From the NCBI GenBank assembly GCA_951406725.2, contig OX597817.1, forward strand, positions 28,210,001 to 28,274,000: DNA of 64,000 nt, read 5' to 3'. The position numbers were made by a program, and so were the translations under genes. The notes under the pieces were generated by a model, which saw only the letters and a list, made by a program, of their open reading frames with translations, was not told the origin of the DNA and did no database searches. Source of the stretch: Octopus vulgaris. Lineage: Eukaryota. This document shows positions 40,553-53,313 of the stretch, one piece after another (position 1 is the stretch's first letter; each line of letters begins with the position of its first letter).

Positions 40553-41123
40553 CAGGATGGTCCAAAGGTCACTCTCCACATCTAAACATTTTTTTGATTC
40601 CAGTGGATGTATGAACTTTGGACCTTCGAAGGGTGTATCGCTATTGATGTTATCACATGTATCTACGATTCCTTCTTCAGTTCATGAATACCTCGATTTC
40701 AATTGATGTACAATGCTACAATTGATGTCGACTCTTGGCTTCAGATGACCCCAAAAGAAACAAAATATTAGAGGCGTCGCGTCTGGAGACCTCGATGACC
40801 ATTCAGCTGGACTTAGTTTCGTAATCTATATCCCTGGAAAGACTTCATCTAAATACTTTGCTCTGTCGCTATAATGTGATGAAGCATCTTCTTGTTAAAA
40901 TCGTATTTTACGTCGTTCCATCAAAAGAATGTTTTCTAATTTAGGGAAAGAAAGGATAGTACCGTACGGATGGCTTGTTGTTACATCATTGTGACTATAA
41001 AAAAAACACGGACATATTAATCTTCTACCAAATATCGTTGCTCAAATCGCAATTCTTGGTCCAGAAGAAAGTATAACAAGCAATTTATTTTCCTATAGAT
41101 CCACCTTTTTGAGCTGCACTATA
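40553..41123 (-). mobile_element. mariner-like (rosa/DD41D-type) transposase relic
   Basis: TA|CAGGATGGTCCAAAGG end; minus strand QEDASSHYSDRAKYLDEVFPG...SRSPDATPL...FWGHLKPRV. Confidence 0.7.
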
Positions 41124-41261
41124 TTTGATATTTTATGATGTAAAAACCATCTTTTGATCAGCGTCGCATCCACACTTGCCCCTACACACACACACATACA
41201 CTTACATACATATACATATGTATGAAAAATATGGATATTTATTTAAATATATATGTATATA

Positions 41262-41313
<52 letters not shown>

Positions 41314-41330
41314 TGTGTGTATTTGTGTGT

Positions 41331-41666
41331 GAAGGCGTATGGCTCAGTGGTTAGAGCGTCGAGCTTACGATCGTGAGGTTGTGGGTTCGAATCCTGGAGC
41401 GGGCTGCGTGTTGTGTTCTTAAGCAAGACACTTTATTTCACGTTGCTCCAGTTCACTCAGCTGTAGAAATGAGTTGCGACGTCACAGGTGCCAAGCTGTA
41501 TCTGCTGTTGCCTTTCCCTTGGATAACATCAGTGGTGTTGAGAGGGGAGGCTGGTATGCAAGGGCGACTGTTGGTCTTCCATGAACAACCTTGCCCGGAC
41601 TTGTGCCTGGGAGGGTAACTTTCTAGGTGCAATCCCATGGTCAGTCATGGCCGAAGGGGATCTCAG
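41331..41666 (+). mobile_element. SINE family D
   Basis: Full-length homologue of 14138-14474. Confidence 0.9.
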
Positions 41667-41789
41667 CAATATTTGTGTGTGGGGGGGGGTAAGTATGCAT
41701 GTGTATATGTAGATATATGTCTGTATATTTGAATAAAGGATATTTTATTTCGAGCGAAACGATATATCCCAAGATATTTAACGACTTCT

Positions 41790-42215
41790 GCAAGTCTTAC
41801 TATGTGTTCTACACTTCTACCAGCTTTACAATATGTATCTTATCCTAGCTCAGAACGCGCGCTCCTTTCTCTCAGTTTTAGTTTACGTGCCTCCAACTCC
41901 ATAATGTGTGCACCCGTTCTCGTAGCTCTTCAAGATGCGCCCTTTATATCCCAGGCTACACTACGTTTCCCCGTTCTCCAAGCCCTCAATGTGCCTCCCT
42001 TCTCCCAGCTCTATGACACTAACCTTCTTCTCCCAGTCCTGCTACGTGTAAATCCTTCTCGCAGCCCTCGTACAATGTGCACCACTTCTTGCAGTCATAC
42101 AATGTGCATCTTTCCTCCCATAATTACAATGTACACCTCCGTTCTTTCAGTCCTACTACGTGCACCCCCTTTAACAATTATTTCTACAAATTCTTCTGGC
42201 TCTCGCCTTTATTAC
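41790..42215. repeat. Degenerate C/T-rich minisatellite, unit about 27 bp
   Basis: Recurring TTCTCCCAG...TAC(A/G)ATGTGC..CC units. Confidence 0.7.
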
Positions 42216-42504
42216 CCAAGCGAAAAATTATTGTTGATAAATTATAATTAATTTGCGCGTCAGAAATTTATTTATAGCATTATTATCATATCACTTATGC
42301 ATATACCTTTTATCTAGAAAAAACTGTTAAATATTTCGCTACACGACCCTTTCGTCTTTTTTGCCCCCACACTTGTCCTGTCTTCCACCCTTCTCTATTC
42401 TAGGGCTGATTTATCCAGTTCTCGTTAATTCTGATACTTATGTTCTTAGTTGAATTCAGAGATTCAGAATTTGTGCGATGCCCACAGATTTTAGCGCCCG
42501 AGGG

Positions 42505-43205
42505 CAGCGGTTCCCAAACTTTTTTGGCACCATGTACCTGTTCCACGCAAGAAAATTTTACTACGGGTCGGGATATAACGTGCATGATAAAACACGACAA
42601 AGTACATAGTGTATAATAGTTTAATTTTTAGATAAACATTCTTTTACTCTTTTACTCTTTTACTTGTTTCAGTCATTTGACTGCGGCCATGCTGGAGCAC
42701 CGCCTTTAATCGAGCAACTCGACCCCGGGACTTATTCTTTTGTAAGCCCAGTACTTATTCTATCGGTCTCTTTTGCCGAACCGCTAAGTAACGGGGACAT
42801 AAACACACCAGCATCGGTTGTCAAGCAATGCTAGGGGGACAAACACAGACACACAATCACACACACGCATATATATATATACATATATGCGACGGGCTTC
42901 TTTCAGTTTCCGTCTACCAAATCCACTCACAAGGCATTGGTCGGCCCGAGGCTATAGTAGAATACACTTGCCCAAGGTGCCACGCAGTGGGACTGAACCT
43001 GGAACCATGTGGTTGATAAACAAGCTACTTACCACACAGCCACTCCTTACTTATATAATGCCAAAACACCCTGCAGACTACGATAGTCAATAAAATAGAA
43101 ATAAAAGTTTAAAATTTATTTTTTCTGGGTGGCCCGAAGGTGGGGCCCTTGAAATGACAGATCGTTGTAGTTTGCGACAAAAGCAAGTGGTGGGGGGACC
43201 CGCTG
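42505..43205. mobile_element. Probable hAT-type MITE interrupted by a SINE B
   Basis: Ends CAGCGGTTCCC... and ...GGGGACCCGCTG; no matching 8-bp TSD. Confidence 0.5.
42640..43047 (-). mobile_element. SINE family B
   Basis: Full-length reverse copy. Confidence 0.92.
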
Positions 43206-43376
43206 CATATTCGCTGGACAATCTATCTGAAGAGATATGATTGTTTGTTTTTGTTTTCTTTTGTTTTGTATTGTTTTTGTTTGGTTTTGGTTTTTTGTTT
43301 GTTTTTTGTTTTTGTTGTTTTTTAATTTTTTTTTTTTGTACGTGTTAATAGCTTAATGGTTGCAGGATTCTTGGTA

Positions 43377-43792
43377 AGGCGGCGAGCTGGCAGAGACGTT
43401 AGCACGCTGGGCGAAATGCGTAGTGGTATTTCGTCTGCCGTTACGTTCTGAGTTCAAATTCCGCCGAGGTCGACTTTGCCTTCCATCCTTTCGGGGTCGA
43501 TGAATTAAGTACCAGTTACGCACTGGGGTCGATATAACCGACTTAATCCGTTTGCCTGTCCTTGTTTGTCCCCTCTATGTTTAGCCCCTTGTGGGTAATA
43601 AAGAAATAGGTATTTCGTCTGCCGTTACGTTCTGAGTTCAAATTCCGCCGAGGTCGACTTTGCCTTCCAGCCTTTCGGGGTCGATGAATTAAGTACCAGT
43701 TACGCACTGGGGTCGATATAACCGACTTAATCCGTTTGCCTGTCCTTGTTTGTCCTCTCTGTGTTTAGCCCCTTGTGGGTAGTAAAGAAATA
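43377..43792 (+). mobile_element. SINE family A tandem dimer
   Basis: Full unit plus a unit restarting at GGTATTTCG (43609); 18-bp TSD GGTTGCAGGATTCTTGGT flanks both. Confidence 0.93.
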
Positions 43793-44091
43793 GGTTGCAG
43801 GATTCTTGGTTCCTTCTTCGTAAGATTACGTTTACTGGTACAACACGTTCTCAGTCGTTAAACTAGAAATATCATATCAGAATCATTTCATTAAAACATT
43901 ATTTTTCGGCAATACTTCTAATACTATTCTTAAGACTGTCACATTTAACCTCAGAAGGGGAAACAAAATCCCGACCGAGAAAAGGAACAGAAAAACAGCC
44001 GACTTCTAATGACTACAGCGGTGAATATGCAAGCGCAGACCAGTCATAACAATGATAAATAATAACAGTGGTAACGACACCCAGCTGCATT

Positions 44092-44128
<37 letters not shown>

Positions 44129-44384
44129 CAGCAGCAGCAGAAGGAGGGGAGGTCGTGGTGGTAGTGGTGGTGATGGTGGATATGAAGTCGCGCTGTAGAA
44201 GCATCACTATTTCCTTATTTCCATCCGACTGTAATCGGCGCTGCTATTTCACTCTCCTTTCTCTCTCTCGCTCCATCCTCTTCCTCTTTCTCTCGTTACA
44301 TACATATATGTGTGTGTGTGTGTGTGTGTATGTGTGTGTGTGTGTGGTTGGAAATCAAACTTTTTGCCACATAGCCGCACCTTC

Positions 44385-44581
44385 GGTCATGTGACTGTGG
44401 CCATGGTGGAGCACCACCTTTGTAGTCGAGCAAATCGACCCCAGGACTTATTCTTTGTAAGCTTAGTACTTATTCTATCGGTCTCTTTTGGGGGAACAAA
44501 CACAGACACACAAACACACACGCACACATGCACACACAAACGCACACACACACACGCACAGCATACACACACACACACACA

Positions 44582-44639
<58 letters not shown>

Positions 44640-44640
44640 C
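44385..44640 (-). mobile_element. SINE family B fragment
   Basis: Reverse tail fragment with internal deletion plus CA/TA tract. Confidence 0.8.
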
Positions 44641-44667
44641 CAAACTGGATATACCATATGTATAGAT

Positions 44668-44830
44668 AGGCGCAGGAGAGGCTGTGTGGTAAGTAGCTTG
44701 CTAACCAACCACATGGTTCCGGGTTCAGTCCCACTGCGTGGCATCTTGGGCAAGTGTCTTCTGCTATAGCCTCGGGCCGACCAAAGCCTTGTGAGTGGAT
44801 TGGGCAGACGGAAACTGAAAGAAGCCTGTC

Positions 44831-44928
<98 letters not shown>

Positions 44929-45124
44929 TTGTGTTTGTCCCTCTAGCATTGATTGACAACCGATGCTGGTGTGTTTACGTCCCCGTCACCTAGCGGTTCG
45001 GCAAAAGAGACCGATAGAATAAGTACTGGGCTTACAAAGAATAAGTTCCCGGGGTCGAGTTGCTCGACTAAAGGCGGTGCTCCAGCATGGCCGCAGTCAA
45101 ATGACTGAAACAAGTAAAAAGAGT
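44668..45124 (+). mobile_element. SINE family B
   Basis: Full length. Confidence 0.92.
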
Positions 45125-45473
45125 TTTAAAAAAACGGGTATATATTATCGTTTATCGCTTCCTTGTTTCAGTCATTAAACTGCGGCCATGCTGGAGCACT
45201 AGCATCAATAATTTTTAGTCAAACAAATTGGCCCTGATAATTTTTTTTTGTGCATATATAAATTTCACTGTCAACTTTTCCCTTGTAAAATTATATACCT
45301 CACAATAAGAAAGTACTTTATTTTAATGTTAAATTGTTTTTGATAACTTAATGTGGAAGCAAACATGCACACGCTTATACATACATACGTACATACGTGT
45401 ATACATACATGGATCAATGCGTACATACATACATACATACATACATACATACATACATACATACATACATACA

Positions 45474-45504
<31 letters not shown>

Positions 45505-46286
45505 TTTAGTCATCCTCTTCTGTCCATAGAAGCATTTCAAATTTACGACAGACACATCAGACACATAATAATAATAATAAAGCAAAGGGGATTAAACCAA
45601 GGCTAAACAGATGAACACACATCACACCTAAAAAATAGGCATAACTTTGAGAGAGAGGGGGAGACAGACAGACAGACAGACAGACATACAGAAAGACAGA
45701 CAGAAAGATAGACAGAAAGACAAACAGACAGACAGACGAGAAAAATTTGGGAAGAATTGTATACAAATAGAGCTACTACTACTTATAAAACTATTACTGC
45801 TACTACTTGTACTACTAGTACTAACACTGCTATGTAATATTACATTTATGTAACACTACATATATATACACACACAAATATTTATACATACATAGTATCA
45901 TACGTGCATACATACATACATACATACATACATACATACATACATACATACATACATACATACATACATACATAGATAATTTCTCCGCTTACACTCATCC
46001 GTGGTCTTCTGGGCCTTGTATTGTCATCTAATCTCAAACTGGATATACCATATGTATATGAACTTCTATGCTTGACCCGTTGGAAATATTGTGATGCCAA
46101 ATTTCCTTTAAATAATCCCCTATTGTTTTCCTTGTTGTTCATACACCTGTCTCCTATAAATTTCAACTATATCATTGTCATTACATCCGGAATATTATCT
46201 TAAAAGGAAATAAAAGAAAAAAGGAGATACGCTATAAGGGATTGCGACTGTTATTTTTAGCAAGCCCTGCCACCAGGATGAGATAC

Positions 46287-46287
46287 G

Positions 46288-46385
<98 letters not shown>

Positions 46386-46415
46386 GCTGGTGTTGTTGTT
46401 GTTGTTGTTGTTGTT
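46287..46415. repeat. (GTT)n microsatellite
   Basis: Direct observation. Confidence 0.95.
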
Positions 46416-46690
46416 AAGCAAAAGACGGGTAAGGGTGATTAGGTGATTGTCTGGGGCTTAGGGGCGGGAGACCCCTGACCTTGGAAAAGAAAAAAAACTT
46501 TGGTCGTCTTGTTGTAGTCGAGGGCTCTTCGTTGACGCCCGACACCACTGGGGGTGGCTCTCGAAGTCGCTGGAAATGGAAATCTCCAGGTCCAAATTCC
46601 TGAACGGCTGCTGCTGCTGCTGTTTAATCCGATGTTGGCCCTGATTGAGCAGATCCTAAACATGAAAAGCATTCTAGCATCCCAGTTAAG

Positions 46691-46737
<47 letters not shown>

Positions 46738-46964
46738 CATTATTATTATTATTATTATAATTACATAATTCGCAGAATCGTTAGCACGCCGGGCAAAATA
46801 CTTTTTGTCTGTCTTCACGTTCTGAGTTCAAATTCTGCCGAGGTCGACATTGCTTTTATCCTTTCGGGGTCGATAAAATAAGTACCAGTTGAGTACTGGG
46901 CTCGATGTAATCGACTCTCTCCCTCCCATGAAATTGCTGGTCTTGTGCCAAAATTTGAAATCTT

Positions 46965-47195
46965 CATTATTATTATCATGGCTGGGTTCCAACCTGGGCC
47001 GCAACAACAAAATCTACCCACCACACTTCTCGGTCTATCATCACTGCCTCAATGTCCTGGATACATTCCAGGTCAGTGTCTACAATCAAGTTCTCGATGT
47101 AAGTGTGACAATGTTTTCCTCTTCTTACGTCACCATGAAGTGGAATCCACAAGACTACTTTGGATACTTCCAGTTCAGGGTGACCAGATAATCGC
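46965..47195 (-). mobile_element. RTE/RTEX-type LINE 3' end
   Basis: ELEVSKVVLWIPLHGDVRRGKHCHTYIENLIVDTDLECIQDIEAVMIDREVW...* followed by (TAA)n. Confidence 0.75.
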
Positions 47196-47811
47196 AGCCG
47201 TCATTATTTGATCTCGCAAATTTTCGGCAGGTCGCCATAAAGACATTCGTTTGTCACATGTTGCTGCCATTTCAGATTTAGGTCCAATCGTGTGACAGCC
47301 AGTGAAGATGATCATTTTATAAAGTGCTTCCGATGTTAGGACAGACCGTGGGCTAAACAACATCATGAAGAACAATAACACCAACAGCAAGGATATCGTC
47401 TCTGAAAGGAGGAATAAAAATGTCAATATATATTTTGATCGACGCGCAGCGTTTCTGCCAGCTCACCGCCAGCATTATAAACCGGCCAAATCCGGCTAAA
47501 ATTGTCAACTAGTTTTATCTTCAAATCAGCCATGTCTGGCCTCTTACACCAACCACGCAATGTGATTTTCATAATAAACAATCACATCATCGAAATCTCA
47601 AAGTTATGAGATAGTGCACGATCAATTCAAAATAATGCGAATAAAAAAAAGCATTAGATTTGACAAAGAGATCTGAATGCTAAACAGTTAAACAACAACA
47701 ATAACAAGAAATTCGAAGGAGACCCCTTCCTGGTCAGGAAATGGCAATCAAGTCTCTTTCGTATAATGTCACTGACGTAAACAAAATAAATAAATGAAAA
47801 AAATAAACGAG

Positions 47812-47972
47812 TTGAGGCTGTGTGGTAAGAAGCTTACTTCCCAAACACATGATTCCGGGTTCAGTCCCACAGGGTGGCACTTTGGGTAAATGTCTTCTAC
47901 TATAGACTCGGGCTGACCAAAGCCTTGTGAGCGGATCTGGTAGACGGAAACTGGAAAAAGCTTGTCGTGTAG

Positions 47973-48009
<37 letters not shown>

Positions 48010-48010
48010 T
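47812..48010 (+). mobile_element. SINE family B, 5' half
   Basis: Head and core homology. Confidence 0.85.
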
Positions 48011-48181
48011 ATATATTTCTTATATTCATTATCTTTCTATCTATATAGATAGATAGTAAATATAATGGAGAAAAATCACATTAATTGATAACACTAACTG
48101 ATATCTGGATTTATTAGAAATCCCTGACGAGGAAATTTACATCCTCATTTTTGACACTGTGTGTGTGTGTGTGTGTGTGTG

Positions 48182-49087
48182 TTTCTGAAGAAGTCATGGG
48201 TTTCTGAAGCGAATATGGAAAAACGTCTTCAGTGGGCCAAAAACCACTCAAATTGGACCAATGAACAATAGTTGAAAGTCATATGGTCTGATGAAAGTAA
48301 CTACGAGGTAAGACAGTACATGTATTCAATCAACATATAAACTCAATGTAACTGGTTTGTTGCCTAAAATATATTTTTTATAAAAAGCATCCAACATAAA
48401 GCTAATATTATTTTTCATGTTTACTCAGGTATTCGGAACATCTGGTGCAACTTTCGTGTGTCCCAGAGCCGGGGAAGCATTTAAGGCTGAACGTCTGGTA
48501 CCAACTGTGAAACATGGGGTTGGTTCTATCATGGTGTAGGCCTGCATGTCTGCCACAGGACCCAGAGAAATGTTTCTATATCAAGGAAGGATTAATTCAG
48601 CTACCTATGTTACTATTATATCGGATTTTTAGAGCCATCAGATGCTAAATTGGATCTAGGAGTGTCGGAAAACCGTGTTATCTTTCAACAGGACAACGCT
48701 CCCTGTCGCACAGCAATGAATACTCGTCAATGGCTTGAGACACAAATTATTGTTCCCATGGACTGGCCAGCTCAATGTCCTGATCTAAATCCGATCGAGC
48801 TCCTACGGGGAACTCCTAATGAAGCTATCAGGATCACAACAATTAAAAGTAAAGAGCATTTGTACCAACAGTTGAGAGAAGAATGGAGTAAAATTGCGCC
48901 GAGCACTTGCAAGAAACTAACTGATCCAATGCCTAACCGTATAAAAGTGGTAATTGATGCTAAAGGGGGATCAAACTAAAGTATATTGTGAAATATACAA
49001 TAATCTACCATGTGTACGAGTTTCATTAACACTGAGATAGCAGAACCCCAAAACATTGGGGTGGCCTAATACTTTTGGCCAAGACTA
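48182..49087 (+). mobile_element. Tc1 (DD34E) transposase pseudogene with a 121-bp intron (48308-48428) and right TIR
   Basis: KRLQWAK...WSDESNYE|VFGTSG...VPTVKHGVGSIMV*...FQQDNAP-(34 aa)-NPIE...MPNRIKVVIDAKGG; TIR GGTGGCCTAATACTTTTGGCCAAGACT next to (TA)n; in-frame stops. Confidence 0.92.
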
Positions 49088-49106
49088 TATATATATATAT
49101 ATATAG

Positions 49107-49379
49107 TAAAGATTATTTGCCAACATAACGTGGCAGTCCTGGTTTAGGACGAATCTTACCGTTATTTAGCCCAGGAAACATCGTCTCCGGCTGGCTATAT
49201 GACTCACTATCTGTGTCCTTATATTTTCGAACAAAGGAGTTTAGCATCCCTTGTTCGAAAATATAAGCACACAAATAGTACGTCGTATAACCAGCTGGAG
49301 ACGATGTTTCCTGAGGCTAAATAACGGTAAGATTAATCCTAAACCAGGACTGCCAGTTTATGTTGGCAAATAATCTTTA
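49107..49379. repeat. Foldback palindrome, arms about 132 bp, 8-nt loop
   Basis: TAAAGATTATTTGCCAACATAA...CGAACAAAGGA gtttagca TCCCTTGTTCG...TTATGTTGGCAAATAATCTTTA. Confidence 0.93.
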
Positions 49380-50040
49380 TTTTTGAGTACTATTACTGAA
49401 TGCCTCTCGTTGAGAGATTTACAAATACAAATTTTCTATTTGTATGTGTATATAACAGCTGTAAGATCTATTTTATATTTATATTTATTTATATTTATTT
49501 ATACATATTGTACTTATGGTATTATATTACTCATTGATGTGTACTGTTTTATTCTGTATTACTATGTTTGATTTGGATGTTCCTATATAATTAGTTAATA
49601 AATTATATGAATTGGTATTATCTCGTAGTTGATGATTGATTAAAATATATTCCTCCATTTTCTTATTTTGTATATATATATATATAAAGATATATATATA
49701 TATATATATACATAAAATATAATATAATATATAACGGGGCTCCCACCTGATCAACGGTAGAGGCTTTCAGTAATTGCAACCATATCTATTTCCTATTGCA
49801 CCTGACCGTCTTAATCAAGGATAACAATGGATTAATGATATAGTTTCAAATATATTAGCATGATAAAAAGGCGGGGTAGTCATAGCCGGAAAATCGGTGA
49901 GTATACATTGAACAACGCATCCCCGATGTGTGTGTGTGTTTGTGTGTGTGTGTATAAACGGGAAGCCTTTGCACATCGACCTGTTACATTAGGTTTTGAA
50001 CTGAGCTAACTACATATGCATGTGTAAAATGCAAATTAGC

Positions 50041-50272
<232 letters not shown>

Positions 50273-50789
50273 TTCTGTGTCTAAATCCCTCTTTAACTAT
50301 CCTTATCTTTATCTGACTTCTTCCATCCCTTTTGATATATATTCCTGCATGTGCATTAATAAGTTTGTACGTAAAAAATAACCATGTACAAAACTAAAAC
50401 CAAAGTAAAATAGGCAAATACATGTTCGGGATGTGCGCAGCGAACGTGTCAAATGTATGTATATATATATGTGTGTACACAATGCAAGAGAAATTAGCTG
50501 CACATTTCATGCTTTGTGAATACACATGGAAAACTAGGCATAAATAGATTGTGTATATGAATGCATTCGAAATAAATGCTTGGCTCGTTTATTGTAAATG
50601 GGTAAAGTAGCGTGAGGAGACTTGAAGATAAGATTGAGAACACAAATGATATCAATAACAATGACAACAACAACATGTATGCTGCAAGCCGTAACGAGGA
50701 AGCTTCAAACGATGTCGCTTGAGGTGCAAGAAATAGCAGGTAAACACTCTCGAAGTACACCCTAAAAATCTTTAAAATATGTCCAATGT

Positions 50790-51320
50790 AGGCATAGGGA
50801 TGGCTGTGTGGTAAGAAATTTGCTTCATAACTGGTTCAGTCCCGCTGCGTGATACCTTGGGCAAGCTTCTTCAACTGTGTTTTTGAATCGACCAGATCCT
50901 TGTGAGTGGATCTGGCAGGCAGAAAATGTGTGTGTGTGAGAGAGAGAGAGAAAGGAAGAGAGAGTTTGTGTGTGTGCATATGTGTGTGTGTGCATGTGTG
51001 TGTGTGTGCATATGTGTGTGTGCATGTGTGTGCATGCATGTGTGTGCATGTGTGTGTGTGCATTTGTGTGTGTGTATGTGTGTGTGTGCACGTGTGTGTG
51101 TGCACGTATGTATGTGCATGTGTGTGTGCACGTGTGTGTGTGCATGTGTGTGTGTACATGTGTGTGTGTGCATGTGTGTGTGTGCGCATGTGTGTGTGCA
51201 TGTGTGGTCGTGCATGTGTGTGTGTGTGTGCATGTGTGTGTTTGCATGTGAGTGTGTGTGTGTGCATGTGTGTGTGTGCTGTACCTTTGTGTTTTGTGTC
51301 AATCCTCACACCGATTGCAA
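50790..51320 (+). mobile_element. Diverged SINE B with hyper-expanded internal (TG)n/TGCA array
   Basis: Head GGCTGTGTGGTAAG, core CCTTGGGCAAG; about 310-bp TG-rich interior. Confidence 0.75.
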
Positions 51321-51626
51321 TTTATTGTACTTGTCATGTCAGCATAATGAGCCTCGTAGTGATGCCGAACGTCATATTCTTTGAGCACAGAAGCCCTGCT
51401 GCGAAAACTACCAAGCACACAAGTTTTCCATTCACCTCAATGAGTAAATAGGAAAAAGACCACTTTTCTTCAAATAATCTACACTCTGTATTCACTTTTC
51501 TCCTTTTTAACAAAAACATTTTCGGTAAGGGGGAAACAGAGCGAAATGTTGACCTGAAAAAAAAAAACACGTTGTTAGTCATTGAATTAATTTTTTTTTT
51601 TAATATATTTATTTCAATACAATATA

Positions 51627-52016
51627 CTCTTTTTACTCTTTTATTTGTTTCAGTCATTTGACTGCGGCCATGCTGGAGCACCGCCTTTAATCGAGCAACT
51701 CGACCCCGGGACTTATTTTTTTTGTAAGCCCAGTACTTATTCTATCGGTCTCTTTTGCCGAACCGCTAAGTAATGGGGACATAAACACACCAGCATCGGT
51801 TGTCAAGCAATGCTAGGGGGACAAACACATACATACACACACAAATATATATATATATACGACGGGCTTCTTTCAGTTTCCGTCTAGCAAATCCACTCAC
51901 AAGGCTTTGGTCGGCCCGAGGCTATAGTAGAAAATACTTGCCCAAGGTGCCACGCAGTGGGACTGAACCCAGAACCATGTGGTTGGTAAACAAGCTACTT
52001 ACCACACAGCCACTCC
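51627..52016 (-). mobile_element. SINE family B
   Basis: Full-length reverse copy. Confidence 0.92.
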
Positions 52017-52149
52017 CAAATCTTTAAATAATTGAAGGGAGTTTTTCTCTTATAAATTGAATCATTGACTCTATCATCAGTCATACTCAAACAATCAACA
52101 TTCACAATAAGTAAGTAAATAAATAATATAATTTTTAGACTTTTCAAAG

Positions 52150-52557
52150 CCATCACGCGTGCCAGATGAAACCCTGCAGCGGGCCTTATGTTCGAACCCC
52201 TACTCTTCTCATTCTCGCCCACAACATCATAAGCGGAAAGTGTAACCTCTCGAAAGAGCTGTTCTTCACTCCTGCTCCAGAGCGTCGGCTGCGGGGATCA
52301 TTCCGAAAAGCTCTACCTGCGACGATTTCATCTCAATCGAAGGAGAGGAGCTTTCTCCGTCCGGGTTGCGGATCCGTGGAACAAGCTGCCAGACGAGATG
52401 GTGAAGATGCCGACGACCGCTTTGTTCAAAGCCTCCCTTGACCTCAAGTGGCCTGAACTCTTTACATGAACACCACCCTGTACTTAACTCCATGTCCCCC
52501 TACATGACCTTGCTATTTGCTTTTGAGCCAAATTAACTAACTAACTTACTAACTAAC
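52150..52557 (+). mobile_element. CR1-type LINE 3' end
   Basis: LILAHNIISGKCNLSKELFFTPAPERRLRG/HSEKLYLRRFHLNRRRGAFSVRVADPWNKLPDEMVKMPTTALFKASLDLKWPELFT*; (TAAC)n tail. Confidence 0.9.
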
Positions 52558-52839
52558 ATTCGGGTTTCTCGTAACCGGAATATTTTTGATCATAAATCTT
52601 TGACCGTCCGAGATTGATCTGCCTAGGGCTAAACATAGACATCAACACTTGCTAAAGTTTAAAGAGAACTAAAAATAGAGTAATGCAAAGAAAATGTAGA
52701 CATTTTATTCTGTCTGAGTGAAATTGTCACATACAACTTGTTCGTCTCCACAAATTAAATATGCATGTGTAGATGAAACTTAAAAGCTTTCTTCTACTCA
52801 ATCTTCTACACACATACACACATTGTGTGCGTACTCTTG

Positions 52840-53313
52840 TCATTTTATATCTGCTGCGCTCTCTAGCCTGTTTTCTTTCGGTAGTTGCTATGGCGAAAGA
52901 AGTAGTGTGGAAGACGAGAGTAAAAGGAATTGCAACAGGCATGTTTATCTCCAGTCTCGAGCTAATCGACGTTTTCGTTTTCCACATGAAACGGAAAATA
53001 AGGCTGGAGAAGAAATGCCTGTCGCAAAGTGTGTGTTTCGTAAAAGATGGAAGTCTATAGCAAGTATGTTGCGAGTGAAAGAACCTGTTTAATCGAGAAT
53101 GTAAAAAAGGAGAAATCAAAGTCTTCAGTGTGAATATGTGGTTTGTGGGGTCAACCACGCCCTCCGCTTCATTTTTTGTTAATCACTCATTCTCATTTAA
53201 TTGTATATATTTTAATTGTTTGTTTATTCATATGTTTCGTCTCATTCGATACCCTGACCCCAACGTTTGTTTTGTCCCCTCTTTTTCTCAACCTTATGGT
53301 GAATATAGAAATA
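52840..53313 (+). mobile_element. Tx1/L1-clade LINE ORF2 C-terminus and 3' UTR
   Basis: FLSVVAMAKEVVWKTRVKG...FHMKRKIRLEKKCLSQS/VFRKRW, resembling L1/Tx1 C-terminal AK..IW..R and F...W motifs; ends TTTGTCCCCTC...ACCTTATGGT GAATATAGAAATA. Confidence 0.75.

Noticed and set aside
48121-48160. Further hammerhead candidates (CTGACGAGG at 48125; stem-GAAAC at 53550-53585, 53822-53865 and 49760-49820)
   Set aside because: Half of the catalytic core is missing or too degenerate; at most decayed Penelope-type repeats
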